A stretch of DNA of 64,000 bases, from NCBI GenBank assembly GCA_051294905.1, contig CM119371.1:14696001-14760000 (forward strand), in the 5' to 3' direction. Positions 48,807 through 61,130 of the stretch are shown here, piece by piece. Positions within the stretch are counted from its first letter, which is position 1. The number at the start of each line of letters is the position of its first letter. Both the position numbers and the translations under genes were made by a program. Source of the stretch: Botryllus schlosseri (lineage: Eukaryota). The notes under the pieces are model-generated. The model worked only from the letters and a program-made list of their open reading frames with translations. It did not search any database and was not told the origin of the DNA.

Positions 48807-50914
48807 CATAGTGTCCTATATGGTGTCGACACAAGCAAATCGCACGGCTCAATGAAATTGTATCACGTCACAGTTTCCATTTGGCCACAGGCAATTTGAC
48901 GGTGATTTTTAACCGACTTGCCGAGCATTAAATTTGATGAATCGGGTATCGATCGAAAGCTGACGCTGTACTGCTTGCGAAAATATAAATTTTATTCCAC
49001 TCATGGCCCTGGAACCCCCACAATCTGCCCCAAATTATTCATTGTCCAGTAGATTGGCAGTGTGACGCAACAATGCTGTCTGGCGAAACGAGAGACTAGC
49101 TCAAGAGCAAGGATGCGGCCGAGCGGCGAGAGTGGGATCAGCTGACGTCGCGGCAATAGCAATGTGCAACCGCGCCACAGAGAAACGCAGCGCTGTTGAT
49201 ACTTTTTCTATGCGTTTCGGTACAAGCGAGCACACACCAGCCTTTCCTTGACTTGTAAGGGTAGAACTGGGTCCACAGAATGTATTGGGGCCCTACCAAT
49301 TTTCGCGCAATATCCTTCAGCTGATAGAGATATGTAGGCTACGTCTAAGTAGTCTACATTGGATATGTCAGATTATTATGATATCGATTGCCTTAGCCCT
49401 GCTTGTTGCGTAGGGCTCCAGAGACACGTCGCGCTGTTGATGGCGGGTGTCGATACTTTCTATAGTCGCTTTTATGGTTAAGTGTGAGCAAGGAGCATTG
49501 AGCATGAGCATACATTACAAGCTTTTATTTGATCCGTATGGGTAGGACTTGGTCCGCGAATGCAGCAGGTAAAATGTTGATTGTTGAATAAAGTTTAACA
49601 GCAGGAGTGTCGAATTAAACTGGTATCGCTGTCCGGATTCAATCCGTTACTAGAAAGCTTGCGGGCCATACCTGCCAAATGATTCCAAAATGTTACCACC
49701 AAATTCATACCTTTGTTTTTCACTGGAATATATCTGATATCACTATAAACGTTGACGTTGGAATTTGGTTTAGCATTTTTCAATCACCAAACAGTTTTTT
49801 TGAATGCCGGGGACCTTTTGCGTCAAAAGTAATACAGTGGTATCACATCACAGATATTTGAATTATATTCATTCTGTAGCCTGTATATATATTCCTAATG
49901 TAACTTACGTAAAACGGATTTGCAGTATTTTTTTGCATCTGTGAATAACTGAATGTCCATTCGGCCCAACAGAGTTTGCACTTTTTCGCCTTCTCGGAAT
50001 TTGGCAAGGTCACCGACGTGGTGCTTATGGGGAGTAGAGTGAAAACTCAACACTGTAGTTGTATTAGTACAATATGATATTTTTACATTATCTAAATTTG
50101 CTGTCTTGAGGGAATCTTATTACTTGAAAGTATATTTTTCTTACTAGAAATATCTCTAACAGCTGAAGGATTGCGCGAAAATTGGTAGGGACCAAATAAA
50201 TTCTGTGGACCCAGTTCTACCCTTACAAGTCAAGGAAAGGCTGGTGTGTGCTCGCTTTTAGCGAAGCGCATAGAAAAAGTATCAACAGCGTCACGCATCT
50301 CTGGTGCCCTACGCAACAAGCGGGCTAAGGCAATCGATATCATAATAATCTGACATATCCAATGTAGACTACTTAGACGTAGCCTACATATCTCTATCAG
50401 CTGAAGGATATTGCGCGAAAATTGGTAGGGCCCTAATACATTCTGTGGACCCAGTTCTACCCTTACAAGTCAAGGAAAGGCTGGTGTGTGCTCGCTTGTA
50501 CCGAAACGCATAGAAAAAGTATCAACAGCGCAGCGTTTCTCTGTGGCGCGGTTGCACATTGCTATTGCCGCGACGTCAGCTGATCCCACTCTCGCCGCTC
50601 GGCCGCATCCTTACTCTTGAGCTAGTCTCTCGTTTCGCCAGACATCATTGTTGCGTCACACTGCCAATCTACTGGACAATGAATAATTTGGGGCAGATTG
50701 TGGGGGTTCCAGGGCCATGAGTGGAATAAAATTTATATTTTCGCAAGCAGTACAGCGTCAGCTTTCGATTGATACCCGATTCATCAAATTTAATGCTCGG
50801 CAAGTCGGTCAAAAATCACCGTCAAATTGCCCGTAGCCAAATGGAAACTGTGACGTGATACAATTTCATTGAACCGTGCGATTTGCTTGTGTCGACACCA
50901 TATAGGACACTATG
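48807..50914. mobile_element. P/Galileo-like foldback element, ~630-bp TIRs, 7-bp TSD
   Basis: CATAGTGTCCTATATGGTGTCGACAC..; arms 48807-~49440 and ~50281-50914 are nearly identical in inverted orientation; TSD CTTCAAT at 48800-48806 and 50915-50921; extra repeat unit at ~50150-50290. Confidence 0.93.
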
Positions 50915-50953
50915 CTTCAATATAGAAATATTCTTGACAAGTGATTGGTGTCC

Positions 50954-52576
50954 ATGATGCAGGTTGTTTGTCGAAATGTGGCAAGGCATGCTGTGAGGAT
51001 GCTCGAGGAATTACATCGAATGAAGCAAGATGATGATCATTGTGATTTCATAATCCAAGTCGGAGATGACGTCTATCGTACACACAAAAATGTGTTGTCG
51101 GCTGGTTCCGCTTATTTTAGAGCCATGTTGAAGTATGACACGAAAGAGAGTCGCGACAGAAAAGTTGTCTTGAAAGATGTGGATTCTCAGTGTGTGAAAA
51201 AGTGCATCGATTTCATATATTCGGGTAAATTGGAGATTCCTGATGGAAGTATCATTGAACTTCTTCACGTCGCAATGATGATGCAGCTGGATGACGTAAA
51301 GCAAGCCGTATCCAATATTTTGGAGGAATCTATCACCATTGAAAATTACTTTTCTACCAGAAATGTTGGTGATATTTACGGACTGACGGATGTTTCTTTG
51401 AGATGCAGAATATTTTTACAAGAAAACATCATGGAAATCTCAGATCAAGCTGGATTTGAAAGCATTGACAAAGATCACCTTCTCGGTCTTCTGAAGTCGG
51501 GAGAATTGAAATTATGGGAGGAAGAAAAGCTTGCATTATCGCTCAAGTGGATCGACAAATGTCAAAGTAAAAACGAATATTTGCACGAATTTCTCAAAGT
51601 AATCAAGCTTGATCTAATATTCCCGGCATATTTGCAACAGATGTTAGAAACTCACCCCCGCATAAGTAATGACTCCGAGCTGTACATGTTATTCTCTGGT
51701 CATATTCTGAAAGCTTCCGTTAAGGCAAAAGAAGACAATGACGCTGATAAATTGATAATTCTTTTTGATGGTGACACAAAATGCCTCCGATCCTTTAATC
51801 CAATTACCGAGGAAATAGAAAAGTTTCATGGTGCAAAGTTTGATTTCCCAATGGGTTTCACAGCGATTTCTCTGGACTCATATATTTATGTCTTTTGTAA
51901 AGCTAAATCCGTCCATCGACTCAATTTTCAGAGAAAAAATTCAAAATGGGAAAGAATGAATGATATGATTTGCGACCATGGTATTGCTCCAAGCTCAGTT
52001 TGTTCAACAGGGTCCATAATCGTTATCGGAGGAACCGGTGATACAGAAAAAGCTGATGTCGAAAGATTTGACCCATCTGTAAATCAATGGTTTCTACTGC
52101 GACACAAACCGTCAGCAATTTCCAATGCAAGTCTTGTGTCATTGGATGATTCCATCTATTGTATCGGAGGTTGGCGAGATGGAATCGAAGTTTCTTCGTT
52201 CTGCAGACTCACTCCATCCTCAGCAGAGTGGGTTGATCTCGAGCCCATGAGATGTCCTGCTGATAGATGTGGTGTTGTTGCAGTCGATCAAGAGATATTT
52301 GTGACGGGTGGGTATGGGTATAGTGAAGATGATATCTTCCACAATGTAGAATGTTACAATGTTACTTCAGCTCAATGGACTTCGTTGTCATCTATGAATT
52401 TACCTCATTGCATCAATAGTGCTTATCGCATCGGTAATTGGATTTTTGTAGTCAATGAGTTTTGGGAATCTCATCACATTGAGAAATACGATTTATTAAA
52501 CAAAAAATGGTGTAACATGAAAAAAAAACCAAGTCATTTGTTCGATGTTTGCGCATCTGTAATGGTGAAGCTATAG
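50954..52576 (+). CDS. BTB-BACK-Kelch paralogue 3, single coding exon
   Basis: Intact ORF with the same domain motifs; first ATG at 50954 (the track start is a TTG). Confidence 0.93.
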   Translation: MMQVVCRNVARHAVRMLEELHRMKQDDDHCDFIIQVGDDVYRTHKNVLSAGSAYFRAMLKYDTKESRDRKVVLKDVDSQCVKKCIDFIYSGKLEIPDGSIIELLHVAMMMQLDDVKQAVSNILEESITIENYFSTRNVGDIYGLTDVSLRCRIFLQENIMEISDQAGFESIDKDHLLGLLKSGELKLWEEEKLALSLKWIDKCQSKNEYLHEFLKVIKLDLIFPAYLQQMLETHPRISNDSELYMLFSGHILKASVKAKEDNDADKLIILFDGDTKCLRSFNPITEEIEKFHGAKFDFPMGFTAISLDSYIYVFCKAKSVHRLNFQRKNSKWERMNDMICDHGIAPSSVCSTGSIIVIGGTGDTEKADVERFDPSVNQWFLLRHKPSAISNASLVSLDDSIYCIGGWRDGIEVSSFCRLTPSSAEWVDLEPMRCPADRCGVVAVDQEIFVTGGYGYSEDDIFHNVECYNVTSAQWTSLSSMNLPHCINSAYRIGNWIFVVNEFWESHHIEKYDLLNKKWCNMKKKPSHLFDVCASVMVKL

Positions 52577-53399
52577 ATCACTGGTTTTTAAACTGTATGA
52601 TACACCAATCTTAGGTGGTTGTGGCGTATTCTATCGTGGTCTAGAAATTTATGTGTATTATGTTTAAACATTCATTCTTGAAATCGGAATAAGTTAACGT
52701 TGTGTTGAAACTTCAACGTTTTTGGCAATCTGATTTGAAGCTACTTTGTTGCATCAGCAAAAATGGTTGTATGCATTATACTGAGTGATACGGTAGCTTA
52801 ATTCATTCAGAAAATTGTGAGTTTTGAGTTAACCCGCAATATATGCAAGAGATAATATTAGTGACGGAATTTGTTCGTTAACTTTGAAAAATTTTCGCGG
52901 TTAATACCTTCGTTACTACATATAGAAGTCGAAATATTGCCATAACTTTCCAAGACATGGCAAAGCTATTTCAAGCGAAACAAGAAAATGATTGCTCTAG
53001 AACAGTGAAGTCAGTGCATTTTCAAGGGGTCAGTGAAACCTCCAAATTTGCAAAATGGTTGATGACAGAATCTGTATTATTTTTAATCAGAGAAATCACG
53101 AGGCGGTTTTGCATCGTTACCGCAAAAACTATAAGACTCGCATAAACATAATTGCAGTCTGAGATAGAATATTCAACTCTACAAACTCATTTTAATTGCC
53201 AATAGCTGATTGGTACAAACATATTGCTGTTTAGAGTTGTTCTGTTAGGATTTTGGTAGAAATCTGTTAACAGAAATTCATTTTCTTTTGTTTATACGTG
53301 CTGAACAGAATGACTTCTAGATGAGCTGTTGAATAAAAATGACTAGGGTGGACGGTATATGTTCACTAAGAATCTGTTTCTCAATCTTGGTGCCATGTA

Positions 53400-54222
53400 C
53401 CGTAATTTTCCGAATATAGTGCGCCCCCATGTATAATACGCACCCTTAAAATGACGTGTATATTCTGGGGAAAAGCCTGTGCCCATGTATAGTACGCACC
53501 CTGCATTCGCAGTACATGAATAGTTGCGGTTTAGTATTCGATGTTGTTCTGTTTTGCGATGTCACTGTCGCACAATCATGACATAATGATCGCTAATCAT
53601 AATACAATTACCAGCATTGTCTCTTAACGAGAGTAGATAGTAGGGATGGTGTGAGGTCGGCGACGCGATAGCTCAAGCTAGTGACACATATGACATCTTG
53701 CGCACTAGGTTTATTACAATTACAGATGCGATTGCTCAGACCAACGGTTATGTCGGGCGCAGCAGCCCTGTCGGAGATGCGACTGATTACGCAAGCGATT
53801 ATATCTTGCGCACATGGCCTCTTGTGTATGCGATTGTTAAGGCCTGTCGTTAACGCGATGAATCAGCAAGGATTGCCGCGCACACTTGTAGCAATCAGCG
53901 ACCTAATTTCGCTAGAGAACAAACGGCAAACCAACTCAGCAAGAGATCGAGTGCTCTGCAGACGACTCTCGTTAATTGGAAACACGCTTTTCGTTAATTG
54001 GCAACAGGCATCTCTATTTGGCAGTGCGTCACACTCTATAATACGAATTACGGGGCCCAATGGCTAAAGGTGATGCGCGATTTAAACAAACATGAAGAAA
54101 GGTGTGATTTCAAGTTTTTCGATATTTCTTTCAAGGCTTGCTGTATCCATGTATAATACGCACCCCCCTAATTTAGGGCAAAAATCGGTACAATTTTGCG
54201 CATTATACATGGAAAATTACGG
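53400..54222. mobile_element. pogo/Tigger-like (Tc1/mariner) non-autonomous element
   Basis: TA|CCGTAATTTTCC...GGAAAATTACGG|TA, with CATGTATAATACGCACCC subterminal motifs. Confidence 0.88.
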
Positions 54223-55575
54223 TAAGTTGTGATCATACCCAAAGGTGTCGTCGGAAGCGTTACTGGTTTATTACACTCGCCACCACCACCATCTTTCAGC
54301 ACTCGTTCATATCCAATCGATGGCGCAAATTTTAAAGACACGACCGCCTATTTCAAGAAATGCAACCACAGAATTCGCTTTGAAATGAAAAAATTTCTAC
54401 ATAGATAGTATTATGTTATTTTCAAGAAAAGTCGTTTTGATGCTGTTTATCACAGTGTCTACAGTTGAAGGGGCAATGCACTCTAAAAATGATGTGGTCT
54501 TAAATTGAAGGACAAAACAAATGAAAATTTTTGGCCGCAGCCATTTATTTCAGAACGCCACCGTAATGGAGCTGCAATTTATTGAAATCTCCACTGGGGT
54601 CTCACGCTCCAGCAGTCACGCAGAGATCGAACTTTATATAGTTGTCAGCCGATGTCATGAAGGAAATATGTCATAGACGCCAAGGTGGTTTAGATACTCC
54701 GTTCAACGGAAGATGTCCAGTCAGGAGATTTATGTCAAAATCGGGCCTAGTGTCTTCTATTTCTTTAGGACAGAAATAGAACATGTCCTATTCTTATGTA
54801 TAAAACATTGTTTATGTAGAAACACATTTGAGTATGCTAAAAAAGGAGCAGTAGCCTACTTTGTTACAGCTGATATCTGCTAACGTCATTCTAAGAATGC
54901 CTCCGTCAATATGAGAAATCTTTGAAATATTACTGGATTGCATTAGGCAGAGAGCGGATGAGATTTTCTCCATCCACTGTTGACACTATCATATCATAGA
55001 ATCTTGGATGTTGTCGCTTTTTATGGTTTCATGCTTTACTGTTCTATATGTTGACTGCCTAATAATTTCCTTCACTTATCATTCATCTCTGTCAGCTAAT
55101 TATTGCTGTCGATCATAGTCGCGATAATGTTGAACCACCGTTCTTTTTCGTACACTTGCTTCAAATTAGTGGTATAAGTCTGTTAACGTCACTCTTCTTA
55201 TATTTGCAACTGCAATTTTATGTCTTATATGTTTTTGTTTCCGCAGGAATAAAATTAGTGATAGTCTATTGCTGGATTGCGTCCTAGTTCAGCTGTTTGG
55301 GTGGGATTATTCAAAATGGTTATTCAAAACAAATTTTTGGGATTGTTGGACAAGATTCTCCTGATCCAAATGGATTGTCCTTCGGATACTGAGCTGTCGG
55401 ACAAATTCAGATTCTTGAAAATGAAATTTTGCTCAACACACGGACAAGAGCCAGTTTCATACAGAGCATGAGGTTGGTTTTTGCTAGAACTCTGGTCATT
55501 ATGATTTGGCGACTGTGGTGGAGGGATCATCCAAATGTCAGATTTGACCGTTTTCTTGTCATTTGTGATGTCAAT

Positions 55576-58314
55576 AGGCCTTTTGCAGGACTTCGATCAC
55601 GTGACTAGATACGCATAGCAACAACAAATTGGTTAGCAAGCTACTTTCTCGCGCACCTGCTTCAGTGCTAAATATCGCAAAGTGTACTGTTCATTTCTGG
55701 TTGTGAACGTTTCGGAAATTTGTTGTAGAAGTCATCTGAGATTTACCTATGCTAGATGTCAATCCTGTACAAAGCACATAGAATGATATCGTCAGAATTA
55801 CGTAGAAATCCGTCGTTAACGTAGCCGTATTTCGGATACAGAATATAATCGTTTTCGGGCTGTAAACGTTCGCAAGTGTCATGGAGATGCGCAAGGATTC
55901 AAATATGTTGGGTGTCTTTGATTCATGAACTATGTGAACTCCTTGCGTCAAAATGATCGACATTGTAGCCGTTATTTGGTAGTCAACTATGATTTTATGA
56001 CACAAAATTCGACATTGCAGGATATTCACTGCGTGATATTTATTGCAGCATTAAGTTAGGTGTGGATAGTATACTATAGTTGTATTGTAGCGGTAGTTGG
56101 TAATCATTGCAGCATTTTGATGATTGATATCGATTGCAATATATATAGGATACTGCTATTTTTAAGCCTAAGAGACAATGACTGCCAGTGCCAGTACGTT
56201 GATGTGTTATGAAGTCATGCAATGTGCTACATACCATATATACATTAAATATCCTAAGCTATTGTATGACTTCTCAGTTAAACAATTCAAAATATTTAGA
56301 CCTCTACACCTATATTACAAGTTATTGATCATTCTGTCATGCTGCCAAGTGCCACTACCCGAAGGAAAATGATCATGAGCTCCAATTGAGGGTGAAACAA
56401 ACTGTCCCGGGGCCTGGATTACTTGATTGATTGCCTGGATTGGATTACTTCACTCTATGGCACAGTGCAAATATCTTGAGTTTCAAGACATATGGCTATA
56501 CCACATGCATACGAATTAATGATCTGATGGATTATCCCAAGAGAGCCGAACATAGGCAACTAAGAAATTGATGATGCCCTCGTCAAGAATTCAGCCTGGA
56601 TCCAATTATTATCACCACATAAAATTTGGTCATGCGGTGGAAGGCAGCGTGGTTTCATGCCAACAGAAAATGTCAGCAGATGATCTGACCACTGACTAAC
56701 TGTCCTGAACTTCTTTCCCGATGTTGATGTCTGCTTTGAAAATGATATTTCATTTGTGTACAGCAAGACAGGCGCTCTTCCGTGGATGCTATGAATATGT
56801 CAAGACAAGTGGCTATGGAGGTAGAGGAAAATACATTGGCATAACAGTCTCGGTAGTTATTGAACTTGATAAGGTTAACATCCATTTTTCTTCAACTATT
56901 TCGTGTGCTCTGGGTATCGAATGCACAAAAATTAATAAATCGATCTTCTTTGCAAGTTTATTTGTAAATTCAATGAATCAAAGAATATCATAAGTTCAGA
57001 ATATTACGGAGTCAATGCGAAAGAAACAATGTTAGTCGTCTTTAGAGGATGTTTCTGAGTTGGTTGAGCCAATACATAGAGGGGGTCAGCAACGAAGTAC
57101 TATTTTACCTGAATACTAGCGTCATTATGAGTTTAGGCTACTTCCACTTCTACTTGACACTTTTTAGGTAGTACTTTTTTGTCAACTAGAAAGTAGCTTT
57201 GGCGCATGATTGCATCCCCTTCAAGCGTGAGGTTGTCATAGCAACTGGGCAAAATAGCCCCAGTACCACGGTAACTAAATTAATTTTTGAACATTGCACT
57301 TATTTGTGGTGTCATCACCCTTTTGCGTTGATCAAGAAGATGCAACATGCAATGTTTACAGTTGTCACATGGCATCAATTTCTAAAACTAAGTGACCCTC
57401 AACCAAATCTAATTCATGTAACGAATTTCTTGACCGCTTTTCAGAAATTCATTTCTACTTCCACTTGAAGTACTTTGGACATGTCCTGGAAGTAATTAGT
57501 GCTACTTGTACTGGAGTATAAATTAGGGCATTACTTCTACTCGGTTCCCAACAATGACCACGTTGACCACGTCTGGGTATAGGATGACCGATCTTGTCAC
57601 TGCGTTTGAGCTGCTCTAAGAGTTATATGATAGTTACTTCCCTTAGTTGGCTAAATATCGCACATATGTGACATCAACTATTTATCAAAATCGAGTGTGA
57701 TTTGCCAAATCCACTTCAATCGCAGTTGCGAAGTAGTGGTAATAAAATTGGCATTGTATAAGGCAACAGTAAAGTGCACTGATTTGCTTAGTCTTGACGG
57801 CAGGTTCTCCCAAAAGATACTTCCGATGTGTTCAGCGACATTTGTTTTATAGCAGCACGCCAGCACCCAAACCAGCAGACAGTATATCCTGATCCTTGCG
57901 GGTCCCGGCTGCTTCAGCCATATCTTCCATCCAAAATCAGGCTCCACAACAGACAAATAGTACTGCTTGAACTAACAAATACTCTTACCAGAATATAAGC
58001 CAATTGCTTTACTTCAAATGCATAAATTTAAGTACATATGATCAGAGTTGAGTACCGTAATACGACTAAGTTACCGATGGATATCTGCGTAATTCTGACG
58101 ATATCATTCTAAATGCTTTGTACAGGATTGACATCTAGCATAGGTGAATCTCTGATGACTTCTACAACAAATTTCCGAAACGTTTACAACCAGAAATCAA
58201 CAGTACACTATGCGATATTTAGCACTGAAGCAGGTGCGCGAGAAAGTAGCTTGCTAACCAATTTGTTGTTGCTATGCGTATCTAGTCACGTGATCGAAGT
58301 CCTGCAAAAGGCCT
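55576..58314. mobile_element. ISL2EU-like DNA transposon remnant, ~240-bp TIRs
   Basis: AT|AGGCCTTTTGCAGGAC...GTCCTGCAAAAGGCCT|AT in a CAATTG site. Weak internal remnants: TC..WIIPR and EVEENTLA*QS on +, YCC..C..LKWI on -. Nested hAT fragment at ~57077-57575. The element itself is certain; the superfamily call is tentative. Confidence 0.75.
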
Positions 58315-58789
58315 ATTGTTGGCCATAAGTTGTGTGCACTGTTGACTCGAATATTCGAGTGAAGTTGAATCAGTCAAATTTCGCCCAGTCTGTCTCAATT
58401 TATTTGATTATTCATGTTTACTGTCAAAACATATTTTATGCCTGTTATTCTATTTCATCTAGCAAACACCTAATCAGTCAGTAGTGATCATGGTTTGAAT
58501 GGTGTGCTTGGATGCTGAAAATCACGCAGTGGCTTCCATATGACCAAATGAAAAGCAGAAAATACATTAACGGACCAAGTCAAAAAGTTTGGCGGCATCC
58601 TGCAGCGTATTAATTTTATTTCTTAATTGAAAGCAGTGAATAACAGTGTTAATACATGCTGCTCGTTCCCTCCCGAGCTGTGTGCATCTTGGTGAAAAAG
58701 CCTTGTTGTCGAGCAAAGCTAACAGTTCTCCAAAATTCGCCGCCCTTAATCGAGTGTCTGTCTTTGTGTTTTTGTCACAAGACCAGTGA

Positions 58790-59971
58790 CCGGACTTCTG
58801 GGGGCCTTGCCCCCAATCCTCCCCTCAGCTTATAAGTTTTTTACCTCTACTTATCATCTATAGGTTATTGGGTGTCCATTTAATGAGTAAGCTTTTCTCG
58901 GCTAACCGCGCGAAGCGCGAATTTTTTTTATAATTCATGATTGAATCGGTCAATAACATCGAAAATTTCATATATATATTGGTATGAATTTTTATCCTTT
59001 CTCTGCTCACGTAATCAGATTTACCGGTAGAGCGGATTGAGGTGTGTTTTAAAAGTTAGGACCACTGTTGGCAGGAACGAAGCAGCACTTCGTCAGGTCC
59101 CTAAAAAAACGAGGGTCTTGGGCTCCCATAGGGTGATAAACCGACCATCCCCCGATCATGTTGTTCGCTTTTACCACGAAATTAGTTGTACTATATAGTG
59201 AGCACGCGCCAAGCGCGAAAATGTTCAATAATTCATAATAAAATCGGTCAGTAAGATCGGAACTTGCATATGCATTGCTATCAATTTCTTGTCCTCTCTG
59301 CTCGCGTTATCAGATTTACCGGTAGAGCTGAGTGAGGAGTCTTGGAAACTGTAAGGCTCGTAAATAATAGGCTAATTAAACATCTTCAGGCGGACGGACC
59401 TGTTGGTATGACTTCGTTACATGATGTTATTTCGTGTCCTCCGCTATATCAAAAAATATATAATCGCATAAATGTACTAAACTAAAAGACGCACTCAATT
59501 TCAAATTGGTATTTCTTCACTGGCATATAATATTTCCCTGCGGGATGGTATTTGTGAAGATTGTGAGGTTCAGATTGCTAAGACAGGAACATTCGGCGTC
59601 AGTCATTTAGGCGCCTATGGACAATTAAACCTATACGTATCAGCATAAGCGTAGTTCTTTTCGGCCAAGGTTTTCTCGCTACAGATCATTCTGGCACATT
59701 TTTTGGAGTTGCATGTTACATGACCTAAAACTTTATATCTTGGTACGTCGTGGCGCGGTAATGGCCAACGCCGATATGCCCATTTCTATAAATCTTGCGT
59801 ATTCTTTCTTGGGTGAAGAGTACCTAATAATTAAGATATTCGACAACTTGAAATCTGCATAAATTTTCAAGAAATACTTTATAATTTATGCTAATTCACG
59901 AAATAATTTTGGGCCCCCTTCGAGCTCGCCCCCCCCAATTAGGGGGTTTGGGGTGCGGCAGTTACAGTCCT
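58790..59971 (-). mobile_element. Inverted copy of the 19445-20763 hAT family
   Basis: Reverse-complement homology along its length, ending GGGGTTTGGGGTGCGGCAGTTAC. Confidence 0.85.
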
Positions 59972-61130
59972 TCCCAGAGTATAGATCACTAACCTATGGA
60001 TAGATGGGCAACTTAGTAGCCTAGTCAGTGTTGTCACACTTGAATTCCCAGACAAGCCTCCTGCTGAGACAGCTAAAAGCAGCATAATTGGTCATGGCCA
60101 TGGCCATCCTATAGTTGGCCAGGCCGCTCGAGCGCTCAAATTTAACAATACTGATCTTAATCGAAAGCTATTGTTGCCCTGATTCCGAAAATACAATTTA
60201 AATGCTGGTCAGAAAATCGGCATTGTTCCGAATAATCGCTCGACATAATTTCCATTATCATGTTCAATTGGTCATCGTGTTGCGGCACTCCGATTGTTAG
60301 GAACAATTGGCCTTGACGGCTATTTTGGAGTGGTTCCATTGGCATGTTAACATATTCGGAATCAGCGCGACACTATCTTTCGATTGAGACCAGTTTGATT
60401 AAATTTTAGCTCACGGGACGCCAGCTATAGGACTACCAATTACGCTGCTGTTAGCTGGCTGTGTACTGTACACTGTGCACTGTGTGCAGCTGCAGCCTCA
60501 TTTTGCCGCCCCCTTGGAGCCTGCCGCCCCTGGCGCAGAGCCAGAACCGCCAAGTGGCTGCTACGCCACTGGTATGATCTAGTTGTACATGTGGTATTTG
60601 ACTTGTTGTATGTGTTATCGCTTTGCTATTTTGCTTTTTGCGGAAAACTATTCACATTATTTTCTTGCTGCTTCACGCAGCCGTACGTGAAAAGGGAATG
60701 CACCAAATTCCTTAGGTCCACTGGAGCTGACATTGAAAAGTTGTCATGTAGGTAAAGTAGGTTACAAACCGTAAGAACATAAAAGTGTATGGATGATCAA
60801 CTTATACTTAGCTTATACTGCATGCATAGCATGATTAGCTTATGCTGGCATTATATACAGCAAATGCCCGAGTTCATCAAAACAGTGAAGCTTCTCTGAT
60901 CGATATATGAAAGGGATTTCCGCATGTACTAATAAATGGATGCTACCATGGTAAATTTGAAGTGTTTTTAAACCTCAATATTAACAAGATGGTTACTGGC
61001 AGTTATCAATGCAAGTTATTCTGTCAATACGAATGATTTGTGTGTACTTTGACTCTAATCATGTGTATTTTAAAAACAGCACTATAGTCTTTAATATAGA
61101 AATATCCTTGACAAGTGATTGGTGCCCATT

